A stretch of DNA of 43,935 nt, taken from assembly GCA_051532035.1 (NCBI GenBank), contig JAOPTW010000004.1, positions 1-43,935 on the forward strand. Direction: 5' to 3'. Below the pieces are notes generated by a model. The model saw only the letters and a list, made by a program, of their open reading frames with translations. It searched no databases and was not told the origin of the DNA. Within the stretch, counting starts at the first letter, position 1. Each line of letters starts with the position of its first letter. This DNA comes from Fibrobacterales bacterium. Its GTDB lineage: Bacteria > Fibrobacterota > Fibrobacteria > Fibrobacterales > JAOPTW01. The position numbers were made by a program, and so were the translations under genes. Shown here piece by piece: positions 36,235 through 43,935 of this stretch.

Positions 36235-37542
36235 ATGGATTATATACAGGCATCAAGTTTTGCAGCAGATATCGACAATACTTTCAATATTATTTTGGGT
36301 ATTTCGCTCTTCTTTCTCGTTGCAATAACTGCATTTATGATTTATGCTGTGATCAAATACAGCAGGAAAAACAACCCAAACCCAGATAATAGCCATGGAA
36401 GTGTCCCTGCCGAAATTATCTGGACAGTGATACCAACCCTTCTCGTGATTCTCATGTTCTGGTATGGCTATGTGGATTATAAAAAAATGAGAGATGTTCC
36501 AGACGATGCAATGCAAATTGATGTTGACTCGGGAATGTGGTGGTGGAAATTTACTTATCCTAATGGACTCGAGCAAATGAGTAAAGATGGATTGACGATT
36601 CCGGTGAATACCCCAATCTATGCTCCATTACACTCAGTTGATGTGAATCACTCATTTTATATTCCACAATTTAGAGTTAAAATGGATGCCATACCCAAGG
36701 CAGTTGGCGAGCCGCTTAACTATACATGGTTCGAAGCAACAATGACGGGGACTTTTGACCTTTACTGTGCAGAATACTGTGGAATCAATCATTCACAGAT
36801 GATTACCAAAGTACACGTACTGGCTAAAGATGAATTCGATGCGTGGTATGCTCAAGCGAAAGTTGCAAAAGAGGCTGCCGCCAAATCTAATCCAGGTGAA
36901 ACGCTCTATAATTCAAAAGGATGTATCGCTTGTCACAGTACTGATGGGTCGTCAGGTGTTGGCCCAACTATGCTTGGTCTCTATGGTAAAAAACGTGAGG
37001 TTACAGCGGGTGGTAGCGCAAAAGAGGTGTCGGCTAATGAAGAATATCTGATGCGTGCAATACTCAAGCCAGGGGCTGAAGTAGTAAAAGGCTTTCAGCC
37101 AATAATGCCGCCTACGATTAAAGATGCAGACGAGGCAAAGCTTATCGCTGATTATATCAAAGGGCTTTCAAGTGTTTCAATTAAAGGCGAAGAAGCTGCT
37201 CCTGCCCCCGTTAAAGAATCTATAAAAGAAGAAACTCAATCGAAAGGTTCTTCTGAAATAGATGGTGCGGCGGTTTATAGTGCAAAGTCGTGTGCAGCGT
37301 GTCATTCTCTTAATGGTACTGCCGGCGTAGGCCCGTCGCTCAAAGGAATCTTTGGTGCAAGCCGTACTTTGGTAAAAGAGGGTGTTGAGAGAGAAATCAC
37401 TGTCGATGAGGCCTATGTGGTTAAGTCTATTATAGATCCAAATACAGACATCGTTAAAGGGTATAAAGGTATGATGCCTCCAACTCAAATCAGTGATGCT
37501 GAGCTTAAAGCTGTGGTAGCATTTTTGAAAAAACAGAAGTAA
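36235..37542 (+). CDS. coxB: Cytochrome c oxidase subunit II with two fused cytochrome c domains
   Basis: EIIWTVIP, DVNHSFYIP, CuA motif CAEYCGINHSQM, and two CxxCH motifs (CIACH, CAACH), each followed by MPP. Confidence 0.95.
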   Translation: MDYIQASSFAADIDNTFNIILGISLFFLVAITAFMIYAVIKYSRKNNPNPDNSHGSVPAEIIWTVIPTLLVILMFWYGYVDYKKMRDVPDDAMQIDVDSGMWWWKFTYPNGLEQMSKDGLTIPVNTPIYAPLHSVDVNHSFYIPQFRVKMDAIPKAVGEPLNYTWFEATMTGTFDLYCAEYCGINHSQMITKVHVLAKDEFDAWYAQAKVAKEAAAKSNPGETLYNSKGCIACHSTDGSSGVGPTMLGLYGKKREVTAGGSAKEVSANEEYLMRAILKPGAEVVKGFQPIMPPTIKDADEAKLIADYIKGLSSVSIKGEEAAPAPVKESIKEETQSKGSSEIDGAAVYSAKSCAACHSLNGTAGVGPSLKGIFGASRTLVKEGVEREITVDEAYVVKSIIDPNTDIVKGYKGMMPPTQISDAELKAVVAFLKKQK

Positions 37543-37543
37543 T

Positions 37544-38416
37544 ATGAATGCTGCTGGTATGGGAGTTATGTCTGTTAAAGACTATCTAGAGCTATTTAGA
37601 GTGAAGCCCATCTCACTGCTTTCAACAGTTATTATTTTAGGGTATTGGCTCGGGCTTCCGCCTCAAGCCGATATCTCTTGGGTTCATCTGCTTCTTGCAG
37701 TTGTTGCCCCATCAATTGCCGCTTCTGGCACCTTCGCACTCAATCAATACTATGAATACAAAGCTGATGCTCAAATGAAGAGAACTCAGCATAGGCCCAT
37801 CCCGTCAGGGCGGATCAAACCTCAACTCGCTCATATCTTAGGGTATGGTGTATTTGTCTTTGCTCTCGTGGTCCAGTGGTTTTTTGTCTCTCAGGAGGCT
37901 GCTATTGTTACTGCGCTTTGTGGCATTACGTATGTATGGCTCTATACACCACTTAAAAACCTCTCGGTATATAGTACAATCTTTGGATCTATTCCTGGTA
38001 TGTTCCTCCCGCTTATTGGGTGGTTCTCAATACAGGATAGTTTTTCAGGTTTGGTCATTTGGATGGCAGTTATGCTCTTTGTATGGCAAATCCCCCACAC
38101 ACTCGTTATCTGTTATCGGCATCAATTAGACTACAAACGGGCGGGCTTTAAGCAACTCCCCTTTGTACATGGTGATGCGGTAGCTTTTAAACAATTGGTC
38201 TGGTGGTGTGTCATGAAGTTGCCACTGAGTCTCATGCCATTTGTTTTTGATGTTGCTGGTGTTGGATACTTAATCGCGAGCCTCTCCATTGGATTGCTCG
38301 TTGTGGTCTATGCATTAGCACTCAGTTTGTATCCTTCAGAGAAGAGTGCCAAAACATTCTTTTTTATCGATTTGGCATATCTGCCTGTGTTGTTTATTGC
38401 TGTTATCGCGCTGTAA
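37544..38416 (+). CDS. cyoE: Protoheme IX farnesyltransferase (heme O synthase)
   Basis: NQYYEYKADAQMKRTQHRPIPSGRI, YTPLK, GSIPG, WQIPH, DYKRAG. Confidence 0.93.
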   Translation: MNAAGMGVMSVKDYLELFRVKPISLLSTVIILGYWLGLPPQADISWVHLLLAVVAPSIAASGTFALNQYYEYKADAQMKRTQHRPIPSGRIKPQLAHILGYGVFVFALVVQWFFVSQEAAIVTALCGITYVWLYTPLKNLSVYSTIFGSIPGMFLPLIGWFSIQDSFSGLVIWMAVMLFVWQIPHTLVICYRHQLDYKRAGFKQLPFVHGDAVAFKQLVWWCVMKLPLSLMPFVFDVAGVGYLIASLSIGLLVVVYALALSLYPSEKSAKTFFFIDLAYLPVLFIAVIAL

Positions 38417-38607
38417 AGTAAACAGTATTTTCAATTAAATCTCTCATTTAAATAAAAAAATATTTGACCTCTTTATGTGAACACATTTAGGTATAAGACT
38501 ACTAAATGCTTGTAATTACGCATTGTATCAAGAACATGGGGCTCTGGGTTTAATTTTCTTGGGGTGTTGTAAAAATGATAGGAAATTAAATCAGAGGACA
38601 AAATAGT

Positions 38608-40647
38608 ATGGATGGGTTAAAAAACTGTATTAAGATTGTTGTGGTGTTTTTATTGTGTATGACGACGCTCTTTGCAGAAAAGGTGACGATTACTGTTGAT
38701 GCGGGCAATTCATGGAGGGAGCTCCCCCATTACTGGTCGCGCATTATAGGGACAGGACATGCTGGTCTATTGTTGGATTCTGCTCTGCAAGACCATATTA
38801 AGGATGGTGTTGAAAACCTGGGAATTCAGGGAGTACGTCAGCACGGTACCTTTCATGAAGATGTAGGGATATATTCTGAAGTAAATGGGCATGCTATCTA
38901 TAATTGGGAGAGGTTCGATTCTATTTATGATTTCCTTGGTGGTTTGGGCCTCGTTCAAATACTTGAACTCGGCTTTATGCCGGCTGATTTAGCTGAAGAT
39001 TCAACACTCACTATAATGAAATGGAATGCTATTACAAGTAAACCTAAGGATTATGTTAAGTGGGGGGCATTAGTAGAAGAGGTTGTTCTGCATCTTAAGC
39101 AACGATATGGAGAGGATTTAGTAGAGAGTATGCGTTTTGAGGTTTGGAATGAACCCGACCTTAATCACACCGAGGGATTCTGGTCGGATGGGACGCAAGA
39201 AGAGTATTTTGAACTCTATAAATATGCTGCTGAAGGAATTAAGCGCGCTCATTCGACTGCTAAGGTTGGTGGCCCAACACCGAGTGGGGCTGGAAGAATG
39301 CATTGGATATCGGAATTATTAACCTATACGCAAGAGAATTCAGTTCCTATTGACTTTGTGACCTATCACACCTGGCATGAATTTGATAAAACAATTGATG
39401 CTCATTTTGAAGCGCTTGACATCGTAAAGGGCTTCTCAGGCTATGATCACTTAGAGAGTATTAATACCGAGATGGGGCCTACCTGGCAGTTTGGAAGAGA
39501 AGTCCAGCCTCATGAAACAGAAGTAGGTGCTGCCTTTTATGCAAAGATAATTTCTGATATTTCGCGAAGAGTTCATAGTGATGATGTTCCCTTCCCCTTT
39601 GCCTATGCTTGGTGGGTGCTCTCTGATGTTTTTGAGGAAGGAACCTATTTTGAAGATCGCCCATTTATTAGCTGCATGGGTCTTACAACTCGAGAAGGCC
39701 TGCACAAGCCAATCTACAATGTATTCAAGATGCTGCATGCTATGGGGGATAAGCAAATACAGTTTAATAAAATAAGTGGCCCAGAGGCCGTTAATGGATT
39801 TGCTTCTACCCTGGGTGATACTGCCATATCAATTTTGGTATATAATAGTACAGCAGAGTACAATCCTGATGTTCTTTGGGAGGACACTGTTTTTAATCCT
39901 TTTCCTTATACCCAAGGAGAAGACCGAATTGAAATCACTGTAGATAATATCTTATTAGATACAGCGATAGTTGTTATCACTCAAGTTGATAAAATTCACA
40001 GCAACGCATATACCGTTTGGGAAGATCAAGGCCGTCCCGTAATGTCAGATATGTCTGTGGACAACTGGGAGAGTCTTTATGATGCGTCTGTCCTTGATAC
40101 CCTAGCCATAGATTCTTCATTTGTTATTCAAGATGGCTCATTAACTTATGTCATTGACCTTCCCAGAGAAGGTGTGGCGCAGCTTATTATTAAGCCGAGA
40201 TCTGTTTTGGAACAGACGCTAGAGTCGAGTTCGGAGAAATGCATCGAGTTGAGTTCAGAATTAGAGTATAGCAGTGAGGAGTCTTCTGATACTTCTGATA
40301 CTTCTGATACTTTTGATTCAAGCTCAGAGAATGGTTTTTCGAGTGAACTGATGGATAGTTCTAGTGATGGGGTAGTGAGTTCGGATCACGAAACGAGTGT
40401 GTCTAAAGGTCTTTCATTACGTAATATACGTCTAATACAAACCAATAATCATATTACTCTGTATAGTGAAATTAAGCGGGCGGTAGGTCGTGCAACTCTT
40501 TACACCATACATGGTCAAAAGGTACTATCAGTTTCATATACAAGTGGTAGAGTTGGTATGAGTACTAACGACCTTGTTTCGGGCTTGTATGTTGTTAAAC
40601 TTGAAGGAGATATGCTCAATATGTTGGTGCCAGTTACAATTCAGTAA
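38608..40647 (+). CDS. Secreted glycoside hydrolase family 39 with Ser-rich linker and T9SS-like C-terminal domain
   Basis: Signal peptide, ELGFMP, FEVWNEPD (acid/base), DFVTYH, INTEMG (nucleophile), WVLSDVFEE. Tail LYTIHGQKV...LVSGLYVVKL. Confidence 0.88.
   Translation: MDGLKNCIKIVVVFLLCMTTLFAEKVTITVDAGNSWRELPHYWSRIIGTGHAGLLLDSALQDHIKDGVENLGIQGVRQHGTFHEDVGIYSEVNGHAIYNWERFDSIYDFLGGLGLVQILELGFMPADLAEDSTLTIMKWNAITSKPKDYVKWGALVEEVVLHLKQRYGEDLVESMRFEVWNEPDLNHTEGFWSDGTQEEYFELYKYAAEGIKRAHSTAKVGGPTPSGAGRMHWISELLTYTQENSVPIDFVTYHTWHEFDKTIDAHFEALDIVKGFSGYDHLESINTEMGPTWQFGREVQPHETEVGAAFYAKIISDISRRVHSDDVPFPFAYAWWVLSDVFEEGTYFEDRPFISCMGLTTREGLHKPIYNVFKMLHAMGDKQIQFNKISGPEAVNGFASTLGDTAISILVYNSTAEYNPDVLWEDTVFNPFPYTQGEDRIEITVDNILLDTAIVVITQVDKIHSNAYTVWEDQGRPVMSDMSVDNWESLYDASVLDTLAIDSSFVIQDGSLTYVIDLPREGVAQLIIKPRSVLEQTLESSSEKCIELSSELEYSSEESSDTSDTSDTFDSSSENGFSSELMDSSSDGVVSSDHETSVSKGLSLRNIRLIQTNNHITLYSEIKRAVGRATLYTIHGQKVLSVSYTSGRVGMSTNDLVSGLYVVKLEGDMLNMLVPVTIQ
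40283..40318 (+). repeat. 9-bp in-frame tandem repeat in the GH39 linker
   Basis: CTTCTGATA x3 plus degenerate CTTTTGATT, encoding (SDT)3. Confidence 0.8.
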
Positions 40648-40790
40648 TATTGTTGTAGCAACTATATACAATAAAGTAGTGTTAATGTCTGTTATTCCTG
40701 TTGCGTTTACAAATCCCTATGGGTATCTCAAAGGTAATTTTTTATAATAGTGTTCAATAAAACAGACTAATATTTGACACTAGGACCTCA

Positions 40791-42092
40791 ATGACATCTC
40801 CGGGTACATGGGTGAGTTGGAATGAAAACATCCAACATCCATTTAAACAACTACTTTGTCCATCTTCTGAAGCTGAGCTGGTATCTGCAGTAAAAGCAAA
40901 TAGTTCGACCATTCGAGTTTTTGGCGAAAAAAAATCTTCTGCAGATATTGCTGCTGGTACTGATACGCTTATTTCACTCTGTAATTACACGAGTATCATT
41001 TCTGAAGAAAGTGAAAAAATGCAATTGACTGTCCAGGTGGGGATAGAACTGAAAACTTTGATTAATGAAGTAGAAAATCGCGGATGGGCTATACCATGTC
41101 TTCCAGATATCGACGTTATTACTCTGGGTGGTGCTCTTGCAACAGGCACTCATGGTACGGGAAGAGAGGGGCGCCTCCTCTCTGGATATTTGTGCGCCAT
41201 GAGAGTTGTCCTTGCTTCAGGCGAAGTATTAGAACTTGATGAAAGTGATGAGCGCTTTGATGCTTTTAGGCTCTCTATAGGTATGCTGGGTATAACCTCA
41301 ACCGTTACTTTCCAGTGTGTGCCACTCTATAATCTTCTTATTGAAGAACGGCCAGTTCACGATAATGAATGGATCCCAAATTACAAGAAATTATTACAAG
41401 AGTATGAGTTCACACGTATATTGTGGATTCCTCATACTGATCACGGCTATCTTATTACAGGTGACAGAAGAGAGAATGCAGATGGAGTAGAGCTTAAAAA
41501 AGCTCCGTGGTGGCATAAGTATCGCCGGACTGCCTCTGTGATGCTCTACAAATACACGACTGCTATGCCGAGACTGACTGTCCTTGCCAATAAAATATTA
41601 CAAAAACTCTTTTTTACCTCCTTCACAAGGCATTTCGGTACGCTATATGGGGCAACGGTCACCAAGTCTCGTGGATCAACTCTTGATCTTGCGGAGTGGA
41701 CAATAGCCCTTGATCGCTTTGATGTACTGATGAGTGATCTTAAAAAAACACTTAATAGTTCAAAGAATAGAGGGTATGCTCATATTCCAATGGATGTTCG
41801 TTTTATAAAAGCCGATACTACGTGGCTCAGTTATGCCTATGAGCAAGATACGGTGACTATAGGGTGTGTCACGAGAAATGCTGCAACGGCAGATCTGTAT
41901 GAAGCATTTACCGTAGTCGAAGAGGTGTTTCTTCGCCATGGCGGAAGACCCCACTTTGCCAAAAGGTTTAAAGCGGGTGCTCAGGAACTGAAGCCTCTCT
42001 TTCCAAAATGGGATGATTTTATTGCCTTACGAAGAGAGCTTGACCCTGATGGTGTCTTTTTAAATCCATATCTCGAAAAGATCTATAAATAA
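40791..42092 (+). CDS. FAD-linked oxidoreductase, D-arabinono-1,4-lactone / L-gulonolactone oxidase (ALO) family
   Basis: N-terminal WxSW, PSSEAEL, ITLGGALATGTHGTG, SIGMLGI, PMDVRF, WLSYAY, GGRPHFAK, RRELDPDGVFLNPYL. Confidence 0.88.
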   Translation: MTSPGTWVSWNENIQHPFKQLLCPSSEAELVSAVKANSSTIRVFGEKKSSADIAAGTDTLISLCNYTSIISEESEKMQLTVQVGIELKTLINEVENRGWAIPCLPDIDVITLGGALATGTHGTGREGRLLSGYLCAMRVVLASGEVLELDESDERFDAFRLSIGMLGITSTVTFQCVPLYNLLIEERPVHDNEWIPNYKKLLQEYEFTRILWIPHTDHGYLITGDRRENADGVELKKAPWWHKYRRTASVMLYKYTTAMPRLTVLANKILQKLFFTSFTRHFGTLYGATVTKSRGSTLDLAEWTIALDRFDVLMSDLKKTLNSSKNRGYAHIPMDVRFIKADTTWLSYAYEQDTVTIGCVTRNAATADLYEAFTVVEEVFLRHGGRPHFAKRFKAGAQELKPLFPKWDDFIALRRELDPDGVFLNPYLEKIYK

Positions 42093-42748
42093 TGATTATT
42101 AACAATCCTACAGCGCTATTGTTTGACTTCGATGGAGTGCTTGTTGAAAGCTACAGACTTCATCGGAATACCTGGCGCCAGGCTCATAAAAACATTCTTG
42201 GTGTTGAAATGCCGGAGTATCCTCGTGAAGTCACCTCTGGCCTCTCTCCTAATAAAATTGCAGGGGTTCTTGCAGATGCAGTGGGGCAAACTGAGAAGGC
42301 TGAAGCGCTCTTACAAGAGAAGTATCGTCTCGTACTTGAAGGAGATGTATATCCTCCATTATTTGATGGGGTTAAATCGTTGTTTGATACTATCAATGCT
42401 CTCCATATCCCTTTTGCGGTGGTGAGTAATGCTAAACGAAGCTATGTCCAGATGGTGTGTGAATACTATAATCTTTCGGTGGCCATGCTTTTTGGTTTAG
42501 AGGATTTTACAAAACCCAAGCCCAATAAAGAACCCTACGAAAAAGCCGCTATTCACTTAGGCTTTGCGCCAGATGACTTCTCAAGTATTTATGTGTTTGA
42601 AGATAGTATGCCGGGCATCGTATCTGCTCAGTCTGCAGGGATGATACCCATAGGCGTATTGTCAAAGCATACAGAATCAGAGATGCATGAGGCTGGTGTT
42701 AACCAATCTATTAAGGGAGTGATTGATCTTTCGATTCATCTCTCTTAA
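42092..42748 (+). CDS. HAD-superfamily phosphatase (beta-PGM/CbbY-like)
   Basis: FDFDGVLVES, VSNA, KPKPNKEPY, VFEDSMPG. TAATG overlap with the oxidoreductase gene. Confidence 0.9.
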   Translation: MIINNPTALLFDFDGVLVESYRLHRNTWRQAHKNILGVEMPEYPREVTSGLSPNKIAGVLADAVGQTEKAEALLQEKYRLVLEGDVYPPLFDGVKSLFDTINALHIPFAVVSNAKRSYVQMVCEYYNLSVAMLFGLEDFTKPKPNKEPYEKAAIHLGFAPDDFSSIYVFEDSMPGIVSAQSAGMIPIGVLSKHTESEMHEAGVNQSIKGVIDLSIHLS

Positions 42749-42760
42749 ATAATGATAGGG

Positions 42761-43935
42761 CTATGATTTCGGGAGGTCGTTCACAGCATACTGTATGCGT
42801 TCTAGCGCTTCTGAGAGTAGCGATTGGGGACATGCAATATTCATACGCATAAACCCGGTACCTTCCTTGCCAAATTGGGCCCCATTGGAGAGTCCCACTC
42901 GTGCATTTTTAATAAAAAAGTCATTCAGCTCTTTTTGACTCATAAAAAGGTCGCGGCAGTCGAGCCACATAAGATAGGTTGCTTCAGGTTTGATAAGTTT
43001 TATTTGTGGAATGTGCTCCTTTAAAAACCAATCAAGGAAGTTGATATTTTCTTCGAGGTAGTTAAGAAGCTCTCCAAGCCAAGGCGCGCCGTGAGTGTAG
43101 GCAGATTCTAAGGCGATATCACCAAAGGTATTCCCTAAATGAATGTGAATGCCATGGAGTGCCTCAAAATATTTTTTCCGAATCTCTTCATTCTCACTAA
43201 TGACATAGGCGGTAGCCGTTCCAGCAAGGTTAAATGTTTTGGAGTGTGAGTTAAGAGTAAGGGTGATGTTTGAAATCTTTTCGGAGAGTGAGGCGATAGG
43301 GATATGTCTATGATCACCGTGAACGAGATCTGCATGCACCTCATCACTCAAAATCAAAACGTTGTATTTAAGACAGAGATCAGCCATTTTAGTGAGCTCT
43401 TCTTTGGTAAACACTCTGCTCACGGGATTGTGCGGATTACAGAGTATAAATATTTTTACTCCTTTTCGCAGTTGCTCTTCAAAGTGCTCAAAATCAATTT
43501 CATATTTTCCATCACGAAGGTGAAGAGGGTTTGTTAAGAGCTCTCTGCTGTGGTCGGTCACGCAATCATAAAAGGGGTAGTAGACCGGCGTTTGAATCAA
43601 TACATAGTCACCTGGATTGGTAAAGGCAAGAACCGAAAGATTGAGGGCTGCAACAGAGCCGGGAGAAAAGGAGAGCCATTCAGTCTCAATATCCCAGCCG
43701 TGCTGTTGTTTCATCCATAGTTGAATCGACTCATAATAGGTGGCAGGTTTAAAGTTGTACCCAATAATACCATGATCGATGCGTTCTTTAAAAGCATCAA
43801 GGACTGGTTGAGGGGCCTTAAAATCCATGTCGGCAACCCACATTGGGATAACATCCGTTGTGCCAAATACCTTTTCACAAAACTCGAGTTTAAAAGCGTT
43901 ATAGCCAGTTCGGTCAATAATTTCATTGAAAGGGG
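42761..43935 (-). CDS. MalY/PatB family PLP-dependent C-S lyase (start lies beyond the window)
   Basis: The frame stays open upstream of 43843 to the window edge (...FNEIIDRTG...FGTTDVIPMWVADMDF). CNPHNP, SDEVHADL, SKTFNLAG, FMRMNIACP. Confidence 0.92.
   Translation of the reverse strand, partial: PFNEIIDRTGYNAFKLEFCEKVFGTTDVIPMWVADMDFKAPQPVLDAFKERIDHGIIGYNFKPATYYESIQLWMKQQHGWDIETEWLSFSPGSVAALNLSVLAFTNPGDYVLIQTPVYYPFYDCVTDHSRELLTNPLHLRDGKYEIDFEHFEEQLRKGVKIFILCNPHNPVSRVFTKEELTKMADLCLKYNVLILSDEVHADLVHGDHRHIPIASLSEKISNITLTLNSHSKTFNLAGTATAYVISENEEIRKKYFEALHGIHIHLGNTFGDIALESAYTHGAPWLGELLNYLEENINFLDWFLKEHIPQIKLIKPEATYLMWLDCRDLFMSQKELNDFFIKNARVGLSNGAQFGKEGTGFMRMNIACPQSLLSEALERIQYAVNDLPKS

Overview
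Bacterial chromosomal window, most likely from a Fibrobacterota genome (inferred from a FISUMP-domain lipoprotein and a GH39 with a T9SS-like tail). In order: (1) a minus-strand urea uptake operon, porin-urtABCDE, with a sigma54 promoter, a paired enhancer-like inverted repeat, and a candidate terminator/antiterminator RNA between the porin gene and urtA; (2) an AT-rich cassette of a putative adaptor, a 914-aa amidohydrolase-fold protein, a beta-propeller-like lipoprotein and a headless paralogous fragment of that lipoprotein, which resembles a polymorphic toxin/immunity locus and is the best candidate for an undescribed system; (3) an AAA_14/DUF4143 ATPase with a repeat/palindrome operator; (4) large surface lipoproteins; (5) priA and a DUF349 protein; (6) a lipoprotein-TonB-dependent receptor-exbBD-tonB operon; (7) a Desulfovibrio-like A2-type cytochrome c oxidase operon (sco-I-III-IV-II[cc]-cyoE, no ctaA); (8) GH39, an aldonolactone-oxidase-family gene, a HAD gene, and a 5'-truncated MalY/PatB gene. 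No rRNA, tRNA, CRISPR array or transposase was recognised. All family calls are from motif recognition by eye, not database searches.
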